DNA of 64,000 nt. Origin: Octopus sinensis (lineage: Eukaryota). Position numbers and translations under genes: made by a program. This document shows positions 11,375-24,187 of this stretch, piece after piece. The first letter of the stretch is position 1; the number at the start of each line of letters is the position of its first letter. The notes under the pieces were generated by a model that had not been told where the DNA came from, did not search any database, and worked only from the letters and a program-made list of their open reading frames with translations. The stretch lies in assembly GCF_006345805.1 (NCBI RefSeq), contig NC_043023.1, positions 15,314,001 to 15,378,000 on the forward strand, in the 5' to 3' direction.

Positions 11375-11694
11375 CTATATACATTGATCGGATGCTAAAA
11401 CTAAGTTGGTAAATTCTCAATGTTTTTTATTGGTATAATTACTTTTCAAAAATGTGAGTTATGAGGAAAAATCCAAATGATGACAAAACATACAAAACTG
11501 ACTGCTTATTTTCATATCTATTGGTACTTTTCCACTATCCTGTTACCGAACCCTTAAATTACAGGGACGGAAAGAAACCAACAGGACTTATCAAAGAGGG
11601 ACGGAGGGAATACTGGAAGACTCGTGTGTGTTATTTCTACCTGTATTCGAGAACCATTGTTACTTTGTTTACATTCCTGTAACTTCGTTGTATA

Positions 11695-11849
11695 TGTTAC
11701 GATATGTACAACATCCGGATGTTCAGTTGTTTCGTCGACATTCCATGTCTATTTTTTGAGCTTTCTTTAAATTACGTTTCCCGCTGAATGGCTTTTTTGG
11801 TGTGGTTTGCGTTAATTGACTTTTAGCACTGATTTATTTATCATAACAG
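11695..11849 (+). other. Putative non-coding first exon of Z3
   Basis: Ends in ACAG|GTAAGA (GT at 11850), giving an intron to the acceptor at 14090. A diverged homolog with AG|GTAAGT lies upstream of Z6. The 5' limit is approximate. Confidence 0.55.
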
Positions 11850-11960
11850 GTAAGATATCGTACATATTTTATTTTTATTGAAAGCAGAAGAACCTGGAAA
11901 ATTCGAAACTCCAGACAATAATGAAAGTATTCAATGTTGCTAGTCTGACATCGATATTAA

Positions 11961-12140
11961 TTTCGTCCGCCGTTACGTTCTGGGTTCAAATTCCGCCGAG
12001 GTCGACTTTGCCTTTCATCCTTTCGGGGTCGATAAATTAAGTACCAGTTACGCACTGGGTCAATGTGATCGACTTAATCCGTTTGTCTGTTCTTGTTTGT
12101 TTCGTCCGTGTTTCGCCCCTTGTGGGTAATAAAGAAACAG
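11961..12140 (+). mobile_element. SINE family B, 5'-truncated (right arm)
   Basis: Mirror image of 10931-11112. Confidence 0.8.
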
Positions 12141-12445
12141 GTATTAATTCTATTTGGTTTGCAAGGTTCTTTATATGAATTCGTGTATTGAAGCATATTC
12201 TGTTGTGTCTGGGGAGAGTCATTTTCTTTTTGTGCCTTATAATTTAACACACTCATCGGTAAAATTTTGCAGTTATTTCTTATTTCTTACTTATTTACTT
12301 TTTTCCTAAAATTTTCGTTGTAGGATCGACTACTTACGACTAGCTAGCGCGTACCGGGTCCAGTCTTCGCTAGTAGTACCTATGCTTTTCTGTTTTATTT
12401 ACTTTGTTTTAAAAAGAAAGGCGATCTTACGGTATAAGTACCGGT

Positions 12446-12461
12446 GTACTTCCGGAAGTAC
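12446..12461. promoter_or_regulatory. Perfect 16-bp palindrome GTACTTCCGGAAGTAC (ETS-type CCGGAAGT on both strands)
   Basis: Seen directly. Copies near 25611, 32866 and 48316. A regulatory role is inferred. Confidence 0.35.
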
Positions 12462-12863
12462 TGGATACATTTCAAAAAGGTGTTTTTTTATATGGGGGGG
12501 GGGAGGGTTTCTGTTATCTTTAGAAATGTAAACAAAGACACGTGTGTACCTATACCGAAGGATCGCCATTCTGTCCTGTCTCTACTCTTCATACGTCAAG
12601 TCACAGAACACTTTCTCTAAATTAGTGACCACACCTTCAACATATGTGAGTGCAGTTTGTTTTTATTATTAATAAAGTTACGAGAGGAAAAGTCATGATG
12701 GGTTGGTTCACTAAATTGTAGTTTATGTTTATGTTTGATCTGTTACAGAAGTTGTAACAATCATGAACATTACCTAATTTCATTAATAATAGATCTGCTC
12801 AGTCAGGGATAACCTAGGGTTAAACATTAGTCACTCATCATATTATTGTCCAATATCCTATAG

Positions 12864-13092
12864 TTGATCCCTTTATTGTTTAAACTGGCCATATCAGGCC
12901 CAGATATTCTGCATGTTTTATATTCAAACTGGCGGTATCTGGCCCCTCACACCTAACCTACATTGACATTCTAGAAATAAACAATCACATCATTGAAACC
13001 TCAAAGCCATAAGATATTGCATGATTAATTCAAAACAATTTGAGTGAAAAAGAATTACATTTAACAGAATAATCTGAACACTAAAGGGATAA
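12864..13092. mobile_element. TTAA/piggyBac-type MITE (family P2)
   Basis: Degenerate termini ttgatcccttta...ctaaagggataa. Copies near 25015 (rc), 33315 and 48735. Confidence 0.55.
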
Positions 13093-13093
13093 T

Positions 13094-13604
13094 AAGAAAT
13101 ATTGAATTTCTAAATCTCTCATAGAGAGATGTACAGTGGTGGGGCGATAGAATGGTTGTATACTGTCAATCTAACAAGAACGTGACAGTAGGGGGTAAAC
13201 CACCGTTGTATAGCCCTAGGAGGCATCGAACGCCTCCTGACAGCTTCGACACATTTTTTCCGTTTCCTTTCCTTATATACATATACGAAGTCCAGACAAA
13301 CACCCCCAACCGCCGGAACTGCATCTGAGTTTATATATATACAGATACGAAGTCCAGACAAATATCACCAGCCAACCGGTGTCTGCTACTCTAGGCAATG
13401 ATCTTGAAACACGGTGTCCCTAGATGCAGTTCCGGCGGTTGGGGTGTTTGTCTGGACTTCGTATATGTATATAAGGACACGGAAAAAATGTGTCGAAGCT
13501 GTCAGGAGGCGTTCGATGCCTCCTAGGGCTATACAACGGTGGTGTACCCCCTACTGTCACGTTCTTGTTAGATTGACAGTATACAACCATTCTAAAGGGA
13601 TAAT
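13094..13604. mobile_element. Copy-specific insertion with ~175 bp inverted arms and 10-13 bp TSD, family unassigned
   Basis: Arms at 13148-13326 and 13422-13594. Direct repeat ctaaagggataat at 13081-13093 and 13592-13604. Empty sites at 33531 and 48951. Confidence 0.75.
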
Positions 13605-14417
13605 GTTTTACATAATATCTGAAGGAAGATGAACTGAAGTCCGTGTATATGTAGTCATTACACAAGGTTGTATCATATAATTTTAATAACAAAATAAATT
13701 TCAAAGACCACACCCCTCTTGTTACTAACCCGGCCAAAACGGGCTCTGGCTCTGTGGTAAATGTCTTGTTTTCATAAGTTTTGAATTAAAATCTTCCACC
13801 AAACCTTAGTTACAATTTATGTTCCCAACACTAGTTGAATGATAACTAAGTTAGTTTACTAAATTCTTTATTATATTTAAAATAATTGAAAGAAACACAC
13901 TGAATCTCAGCAGAAATATGGTAACAAAAGGGTTACCATATTATAAATTACCATAAATAAATTTCAAAGACAAATTAAAGGATTTTATCCACAGTTTATC
14001 ATTATGAAGATGTAGTTATATTTTTTTTTATAGTTGAATCTCTGCTTTTTAAGTTTTTCCTATATCTTCTTCTGTTTCTGTGTCATTTCAGGAGGTGAAA
14101 TGTTAGTGATACTTCATGAATATTGATCATCTAATGGAAGATGTTATAAATATTTGACATAACTCTGTTTATATGATTTGTCTATGGTGGAAAACTGTGA
14201 AATATTTCTTCTGAATTAATGGCAACATTTGTTTCCATCATTGCCTGGAATATTTGCTAAAGTATTTCACATTATGTTTGGAGTGGAGATATCTGCAAAG
14301 GTGTTTGTATCATCTTCAGGTATTGATGAAGATCGGAACTGCTGGAAATAACAGCAATAGAAACATATAAAAAAGGAAGCAAAATTATATTTTGTGTGTG
14401 TATACTATAGAACAATA

Positions 14418-16054
14418 ATGAATCCTCAAGAGATGACAAAAGAAAGAGAAAAATTATCACACCAATGTGATATCTGTAAAATGACTTTTTCTAATCAGGG
14501 AAATCTCACTGTTCACAAATTCATTCATGCAGGTAGGAAGCCATATGACTGTGATGTCTGTGGTAAATCATTCTCTCAGAAAAGTAACCTTACCTCTCAC
14601 AAATCCATTCATACAGGAGAGAACCATATGAATGTGATATTTGTTGTAAATCATTCTCTCAGAAAATTCACCTTACTAGACACAAATCCATTCACACAGG
14701 TGAGAAACCATATCAATGTGATATCTGTGGAAATTCATTCTCTGATAAATGTCACCTTTCTTCTCACAAATACATTCATACAGGTGAGAAACCATATCAA
14801 TGTGATATTTGTGGTAAATCATTCTCCCATAAGCACATCCTTACTTCTCACATATCCATTCATACCGGAGTGAAACCTTATCACTGTGATATTTGTGGTA
14901 AATCATTCTCTCAAAGGACTGGCCTTTCTTATCACAAATCTGTTCATACTGGAGAGAAACCAAATCAGTGTGATATTTGTGGTAAATCATTCTCTCAGAA
15001 AAGTAGCCTTACCACTCACAAATACATTCATACAGGAGAGAAACCTCATCAATGTGATGTCTGTGGAATGTCATTCTCTCAAAAAAGTAGCCTTGATTCT
15101 CATAAATACATTCATACAGGTGAGAAACCATATCAGTGTGATATTTGTGGAAAATCATTCTCTCAAAAAAGTAACCTTGATTCTCATAAATATATTCATA
15201 CAGGAGAGAAACCTCATCAATGTGATGTCTGTGGAATGTCATTCTCTCAAAGACGTTACCTTGATTCTCACAAACATATTCATACAGGAGAGAACCATAT
15301 CAATGTGATATCTGTGGAAATTCATTCTCTGATAAATGTCACCTTTCTTCTCACAAATACATTCACAGAGGTGAGAAACAATATCACTGTGATATTTGTG
15401 GTAAATCATTCTCCCATAAGCACATCCTTACTTCTCACATATCCATTCATACAGGAGTGAAACCTTATAACTGTGATATTTGTGGTAAATCATTCTCTCA
15501 AAGGACTGGCCTTTCTTATCACAAATCTGTTCATACTGGAGAGAAACCAAATCAGTGTGATATCTGTGGTAAATCATTCTCTCAGAAAAGTAGCCTTACC
15601 ACTCACAAATACATTCATACAGGAGAGAAACCTCATCAATGTGATGTCTGTGGAATGTCATTCTCTCAAAAAAGTAGCCTTGATTCTCATAAATACATTC
15701 ATACAGGTGAGAAACCATATCAGTGTGATATTTGTGGAAAATCATTCTCTCAAAAAGGTAACCTTGATTCTCATAAATATATTCATACAGGAGAGAAACC
15801 TCATCAATGTGATGTCTGTGGAATGTCATTCTCTCAAAGACGTTACCTTCATTCTCACAAACCCATTCATACAGGAGAGAAACCATATCAATGTGATATT
15901 TGTGGTAAATCGTTCTTCCATAAGCGTAGCCTTACTCATCACAAATCCATTCATACTGGAGAGAAACTATGAGTGTGATATTTGTGGTATACCACTGTCT
16001 TGCTTGCGTTCTTTAACCTCTCATAAAAACATTCATACAGGAGAGAGACCATAG
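14418..16054 (+). pseudogene. Z3: 19-finger C2H2 gene with three frameshifts
   Basis: ATG 14418. 1-bp losses in gagaaacca near 14622 and 15293, and a 2-bp loss near 15967. Length 1637 = 1641 - 4, matching the repaired Z6 frame. Confidence 0.8.
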
Positions 16055-16087
16055 AACTGTAATATCTGCAGTAAATCACTCTAAGCC

Positions 16088-16649
16088 GGATCTTTTCCTC
16101 TTGAACGGCAGTTTTCAACAAAATTTCTAGTTAACTAAACACTTTTAAACTTCGTATACTGGTAGAATGTATCAAAATAAAACATTTTTTTCTCTTGGCT
16201 TTCTTGAGAAAATTGTAATTTGTAAGTTTAACGTAGTTTAATTTTTCAAACTTTAAACAAATCCTATAAAAAAAAAAAAAAATCCTATACCCTCCTATGA
16301 GCTAAATTTTTTTTCTGCGTCTAAAACTGAGCAACATTTTTTTTTTTCTTAATTGTTTATCCTTAAATTAATTTTAACAATTGAGAAAAAAAAAAAACGA
16401 AAGGCTAAAATTTAGGGTAGGGTTAGTCTCAGTTTTAGACACAGCAAATGATTTTAGCTCAATAGAGGTCATAGGATTGGTTAAAATTCGAAAAATTAAA
16501 CTACATTAAACTTACAAATTACAATTGTCTCAAGAAAGCCAAGAGAAAGAAACGTTTTCTTTTCACACATTCTACCAGTATACAAAGTTTAAAAGTGTTT
16601 AATTAACTAGAAATTGTGTTGAAAACTGCCGTTCAAAAGAAAAAGATCA
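16088..16649. mobile_element. Foldback MITE type I after Z3
   Basis: Same flanks as 1766-2437, with internal deletions. Confidence 0.85.
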
Positions 16650-16819
16650 GGTATTTCTCCTGCATCTGTCTTACCAGAAATATTTAGCATCAGTGGTGCT
16701 TTTCCCTGCCATGAACCCAAACTGCATCTCATCTAAACTGACTCTCTCCCTAATTAGTTGATAATTATTACTTTGTTTGAAAAAAAAAAATTATTTGATA
16801 TGCAGCCTTTAAATACATA

Positions 16820-17299
16820 CCATAAATCTTCGAGTGTAGTCCGCCCTTGAGTATAATACGCAGGGAATTTTTAGGGGGCTGTACCTCTGAAAAACCTAAA
16901 TCTTGTATATAATATGCACCCCTTCTCTAACCTGAGTCGAGGAGGTCTATATAACGTCCTTTCTTATTATTGTATATATAACATAATGCAAACGTGTAGC
17001 TTTTTTGTGTATTTTGTTGCAGAAAATAAAGAAAAACAGTAATAACGTTTAATAAATGTTGCCTACTGCAAGTTATGGATGATTCTTTTATGACTTCATT
17101 ACTTTCAGGCTTAGCTCAAGGTATTTTCATGCCGGACATCACAAAATGTGTCTGAATAAACATTGCCGGACAGCAAAGAGAGACTCGGACATTGCTTAGA
17201 AAATAATTTTCATTTTTAACCTTGTATATAATCCGCACCTGGGATTTTGACCTTTAAATTTTTTTGGGGAAAATGCGGATTATACTCGAGGATTTACAG
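16820..17299. mobile_element. Non-autonomous Tc2/pogo-like element
   Basis: TA|ccataaatcttcgagtgtagtccgc...gcggattatactcgaggatttacag|TA. Confidence 0.75.
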
Positions 17300-17620
17300 T
17301 ACATGTTTTGCGCATGCGTGCATCTATTAATTTGCATACGTGCACTCGCGCTAGGTAGTCGTAGGATCGACTAGTCACGACTAGCTAGAGCGATAGTGCG
17401 CAGTGGGACCACTTTTCTTAAATAGTAACCGGCGTCAATAACCAGTCGAGTCGTGGGTCACTCTGGTAATTAATATATATATAACAATTATAGGTGGTTT
17501 TACGTTTTCCACAATGATATGTACTACCAGGGTGCCACCAAGCTTATTGAATATGAGAAGGCTGTTTTTTCCTGAGATGTATATAACACGCAGACGTCTA
17601 TACTTCGTACAAGTTTGCAC

Positions 17621-18588
17621 TGATTTTTCCTTTTGAACGGCATATGTCAACACAATTTTAGTTAACTAAACACTTTAAAACTTCGTATACTGGTAGAATG
17701 TGTTAATAAAACATCATTTTTTCTTGGCTTTATTGAAAACTTCTATAGTTTGTAACATATTTCAACTTTAAAATCGAGCATTTCGGCAATTTCTAACCAA
17801 TCAAATACGTCCATTGAGTCAAAACACATACCGTGCTGTATGAATATGTCCCTTGTTTAAGAAACAGAGTGGGTTTATTTACATTTGCAAAGAAAAAAGA
17901 TACCCTTCCCCCACCCCTAACCATAACTCTAAACCTAACCCTAAAATAGATTGAAATGCAAAGATTGATACTAGGGTTATAATTGTGGGTGACAGTATCA
18001 TACGACACCAGCTATAGGAAATGGGATTTTTTTCTCGCGGTGTCAAATGAAAATGTCACCCATAATTATAACCCTAGTATCGATCTTTGCATTTCAATCT
18101 ATTTTAGGTTAGGGGTGGGGGAAGGGTATCTTTATCGTACCACTACTGCATAAATCTCTATGAGATATTTAGAAATGTATTGGTTCTTTTCGGTTTGAAC
18201 GGCAGTTTTTCTAACGGTGTCATATGAAATTGTCACCCATTATTATGACCCTAGTACAATCTATTGCATTTCAATCTCTTTTAGGGTTAGGGGTGGGGGA
18301 AGGGTATCTTTTTTTTCTTCAGAAATGTAAATACACCCAATCTGTTTCTTAAACGAGGGACATATTCAAACGGCCAGAATGTTTTCACCTCAATAGACGT
18401 CATTGATTGGTTGAAATAGCAGAAATTGAAGGAAAAAAAAACAAATATCTTACAACCGTAGAATCTTCTCAATAAAGCCAAGAGAAAAAGATGTTTTATA
18501 AACACATTCTACCAGTATACGAAGTTTAAAAGTGTTTTAGTTACCTAGAAATTATGTTAAAAAACCTACCGTTCAAACCGAAAAGACC
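17621..18588. mobile_element. Foldback MITE type II, expanded and rearranged
   Basis: Same flanks as 3448 and 37631. An extra inverted terminus (cttttcggtttgaacggcag) sits near 18187. Confidence 0.8.
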
Positions 18589-18966
18589 TACATACTCTGT
18601 TGTTGATGGTGAAATTCCAATGAAGGATCCTTGGATTTAGTTAGAAATTGCTCTCTTTCTCTTTTGGCAAGTAATTTTGAAATAAAACTGAACAATGCAT
18701 ACATATATACTACATACATGCGGACTGTTGCTATAGCAACGAACTAAGATACACAGAGTTGAAGCCACTTGGGAAAGATTGACTCTAACTCTGCTGTGCA
18801 TTCAGACTAAGTGTTAACATTGTAGCTCCCTTCTGCCGGTTGTGCAGAATGCTTGGAAGGAAGTGTGTAGCGTGTTGATTTAGTGACACACTGCATCAAT
18901 TTTGCCTAATCAGCATACCTAGAAAGTTTTTGTAGCATAGGGAATCTGTATAATTATTTTTTCCTA

Positions 18967-19066
18967 NNNNNNNNNNNNNNNNNNNNNNNNNNNNNNNNNN
19001 NNNNNNNNNNNNNNNNNNNNNNNNNNNNNNNNNNNNNNNNNNNNNNNNNNNNNNNNNNNNNNNNNN
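18967..19066. other. Assembly gap (100 N)
   Basis: Run of exactly 100 N. Sequence on both sides is noisier than the paralogous copies. Confidence 1.
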
Positions 19067-19402
19067 TATTTCATCTCCGTAATCATTCTGTGAGTCAAAT
19101 TCCGCCGAGGTCGACTTTGCATTCATCCTTCAGACGTTGATTAAATAAGTACCAGTTACGCACTGGTCGATGTAATCGACTTAATCTGTGTGTCTGTCCT
19201 CGTTTAGCCCCTTGTGGTAGTAAAGAAATACATATTTCGGTCTGCCATTACGTTCTGAGTTCAAATTCCGCCGAGGTCGACTTTGCCTTTCATCCTTTCG
19301 GGGTTGAAAGTTACGCAGGGGGCGATATAACGACTTAAACCGTGTGTGTCTGTCCTTATTTGTCCTCTCTGTGTTAGCCCCTTGTGGGTAATAAGGAGAT
19401 AG
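19067..19402 (+). mobile_element. SINE family B dimer (partial)
   Basis: Reverse complement of the 4399-4750 and 39118-39508 dimer. Confidence 0.75.
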
Positions 19403-19994
19403 GGATCTTTTCCTTTTGATAGACAGAATTCAACCCAACCATTTCTAGTTAACTATACACTTTTTAAACTTCGTATACTGGTAGAATGTGTCAAAAGAAA
19501 ACATTATTTTCACTGGGTTTTTGATAAATTTGTAATTTGAATTCTGTCTATCAAAAGGAAAAGATCCAAAACATTTAGTAAAAAATGGATTTTAAAAGAG
19601 AGAAAGAGACCTTTGACTGAGAAAAACAATAGAGAGAGATGGAATAAGAAAGACATACAGGGGAGAGAGGAGAGAGAGAGATGGACTGAGTGAGAGAAGG
19701 GAACGAATGTGACAAAAACAAACATTGTGTGTGCACTGTTTACGTAAAACAGTAACAGGAAGTTGTCAGAGTTTTTAGACGCAGCAGCAAATGATTTGAG
19801 CTCAAATACTGGCGATTCATTGGTAAAATTCGAAGAATTAAACTACGTTAAAGTTAAAGTTACAATTACAAATTTATCAAAAAACCCAATGAAAATAATG
19901 TTTTATTTTGACACATTCTACCAGTATACGAAGTTTCAAGTTGTTTAGTAACTAGAAATTGGGTTTAATTCTGTCTATCAAAAGGAAAAAATTC
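19403..19994. mobile_element. Composite foldback MITE type III with degenerate 8-bp TSD
   Basis: TIR variant ggatcttttccttttgatagacagaatt. Flanks ggagatag and aaaataag approximate gaaataag. The empty site cttatttc is at 4397-4404. Confidence 0.75.
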
Positions 19995-20442
19995 AAAATA
20001 AGTTATACAAGATTCCCTTGATTGTGTCGAGAATTACAAAAATTTGAGTGGGCTTGAGCAGTTTGCCCGAGAGGTTGCCCTGATTTAGGCAAAATCTGAT
20101 GCAGATTCTCTGCTCAACTTTCTATCATGCTCATTGTGACAATCACACGCTACACACCTTCCTTCCAAGCATTGCTGCAAACAGCAGAAGGGAGCTAGAA
20201 TGTTAACACTTAGTGTGAATGCACAGCAGAGTTTAGAGTCAATCTTTCCCAAATGGCTTCACTCTGTGTATCTTAGCTTCGTTGCTATAGCAACAGTCTG
20301 CATGTATGTACGTACGTATGTATATATGTATACCATTGTTCAGTTTTATATCAAAATTACTTCCCAATAGAGAAAGAGCCAATTCCTAACCTAAATCCAA
20401 GGATCCTTCATTGGAATTTCACCATCAACAACAGAGTAGGTA

Positions 20443-21409
20443 GGTCTTTTCGGTTTGAACGGTAGTTTTTAACATAATTTCTAGGTAACTAAACACTTTT
20501 AAACTTCGTATTCTGGTAGAATGTGTTTATAAAACATCATTTTTTCTTGGCTTTATTGAGAAGATTCTACGGTTTGTAAGATATTTGTTTTTTTTCCCTT
20601 CAATTTCTGCTATTTCAACCAATCAATGACGTCTATTGAGGTGAAAACATTCTGTGCCGTTTGAATATGTCCCTCGTTTAAGAAACAGATTGGGTGTATT
20701 TACATTTCTGAAGAAAAAAAAGATACCCTTCCCCCCACCCCTAACCCTAAAAGATATTGAAATGCAATAGATTGATACTAGGGTCAAATAATGGGTGACA
20801 ATTTCATATGACACCGTTAAAAACTGCCGTTCAAACCGAAAAGAACCAATACATTTCTAAATATCTCATAGAGATTTATGCAGTAGTGGTACGATAAAGA
20901 TACCCTCCCCCACCCCTAAACCTAAATAGATTGAAATGCAAAGATCGATACTAGGGTTATAATTATGGGTGACATTTTCATTTGACACCGCGAGAAAAAA
21001 ATCCCATTTCCTATAGCGGTGTCGTATGAAACTGTCACCCACAATTATAACCCTAATATCAATCTTTGCATTTCAATCTATTTTAGGGTTAGGTTTAGAG
21101 TTATGGTTAGGGGTGGGGGAAGGGTATCTTTTTTTCTTCGCAAATGTAAATAAACCCACTCTGTTTCTTAAACAAGGGACATATTCATACAGCACGGTTT
21201 GTTTTGACTCCAGATGGACGTATTTGATTGGTTAGAATTGCCGAAATGCTTGATTTTAAAGTTGAAATATGTTACAAACTATAGAAGTTTCTCAATAAAG
21301 CCAAGAAAAAATGATGTTTTATAAACACATTCTACCAGTATACGAAGTTTAAAAGTGTTTAGTTAACTAGAAATTGTGTTGACATATGCCGTTCAAAAGG
21401 AAAATATCA
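20443..21409. mobile_element. Foldback MITE type II (inverted copy of 17621-18588)
   Basis: Reverse-complement match including the internal extra terminus. Confidence 0.8.
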
Positions 21410-21732
21410 GTGCAAACTTGTACGAAGTACAGACGTCTGCGTGTTTAACATCTCAGGAAGGAAAAAACAGCCTTCTCATATTCAATAAGCTTGGTGGCAC
21501 CCTGGAAGTACATATCATTGTGGAAAACGTAAAACCACCTATAATTGTTATATATATATTAATTACCAGAGTGACCCACGACTCAACTGGTTATCGACGC
21601 CGGTTACTATTTAAGAAAAGTGGTCCCACTGCGCACTATCGCTCTAGCTAGTCGTGACAAGTCAATCCTTCGACTACTTAGCGCGAGTGCACGTATGTAA
21701 ATTAATAGATGCACGCATGCGCAAAACATGTA

Positions 21733-22070
21733 CTGTAAATCATCGAGTATAATCCGCATTTTCCCCCAAAAAATTTAAAGGTCAAAATCCCAGGTGTGGA
21801 TTATATACAAGGTTAAAAATGAAAATTATTTTCTAAGCAATGTCCGAGTCTCTCTTTGCTGTCCGACAATGTTTATTCAGACACATTTTGTGATGTCTGG
21901 CATGAAAATACCTTGAGCTAAGCCTGAAAGCAATGAAGTCATAAAAGAATCAACCATGACTTGCAGTAAGCAACATTTATTAAACGTTATTACTGTTATT
22001 TCTTTATTTTCTGCAAACAAAATACACAAAAAAGCTACACGTTTGCATTATGTTATATATACAATAATAA
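21733..22070. mobile_element. Tc2/pogo-like element, truncated
   Basis: TA|ctgtaaatcatcgagtataatccgc. The other end has been removed by a deletion. Confidence 0.65.
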
Positions 22071-22151
22071 TAATGCAGTTTGGGTTCATGCCAGGGAAAA
22101 GCACCACTGATGCTATATATTTCTGGTAAGACAGATGCAGGAGAGAATACC

Positions 22152-22816
22152 TGATCTATTTCTTTTGAACGGCAGTTTTCAACACAATTTCTAGTTAATT
22201 AAACACTTTTAAACTTCGTATACTGGTAGAATGTGTGAAAAGAAAACGTTTCTTTCTCTTGGCTTTCTTGAGACAATTGTAATTTGTAAGTTTAATGTAG
22301 TTTAATTTTTCGAATTTTAACCAATCCTATGACCTCTATTGAGCTAAAATCATTTGCTGTGTCTAAAACTGAGACTAACCCTAACCCTAAATTTTAGCCT
22401 TTCGTTTTTATTTTTTTTCTCAATTGTTAAATTAATTTATGGATAACAATTAAGAAAAAAAAAAACGAAAGGCTAAAACAAAAGCAAAAACTCGACAAAA
22501 ACAAAACCAATAATTTTAGACACGCGTAACAATTAAGAAAAAAAAAAAAACGAAAGGCTAAAATTTAGGGTTAGGGTTAGTGACAGGATGTTGCCTCAGT
22601 TTTAGACGCAGCAAATAATTTTAGCTCAATAGAGGGTATAGGATTGGTTAAAGTTTGAAAAATTAAACTGCGTTAAACTTACAAATTACAATTTTCTCAA
22701 GAAAGCCAAGAGAAAAAAATGTTTTATTTTAATACATTCTACCAGTATACGAAGTTTAAAAGTGTTTAGTTAACTAGAAATTTTGTTGAAAACTGCCGTT
22801 CAAGAGGAAAAGATCC
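22152..22816. mobile_element. Foldback MITE type I after Z4
   Basis: Same insertion as after Z1, Z3 and Z6, in reverse orientation. Confidence 0.85.
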
Positions 22817-22849
22817 GGCTTAGAGTGATTTACTGCAGATATTACAGTT

Positions 22850-24187
<1,338 letters not shown>

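Larger units (their letters stand above)
10740..12320. repeat. Inverted repeat: ~630 bp arms (10740-11374, 11695-12320) around a ~320 bp spacer, between Z2 and Z3
   Basis: The arms are near-identical reverse complements. Each holds a putative first exon, an AG|GTAAGA donor and a SINE B piece. Confidence 0.95.

Noticed and set aside
11461-11682. 73-aa ORF in the palindrome spacer (also 26266, 46364)
   Set aside because: It overlaps a decayed SINE fragment, shows no domain similarity, and its end differs between copies.
13220-13420. Hammerhead ribozyme in the hairpin insertion
   Set aside because: I could not find an intact CUGANGA...GAAA core with the required stems by eye. A covariance-model search would settle it.
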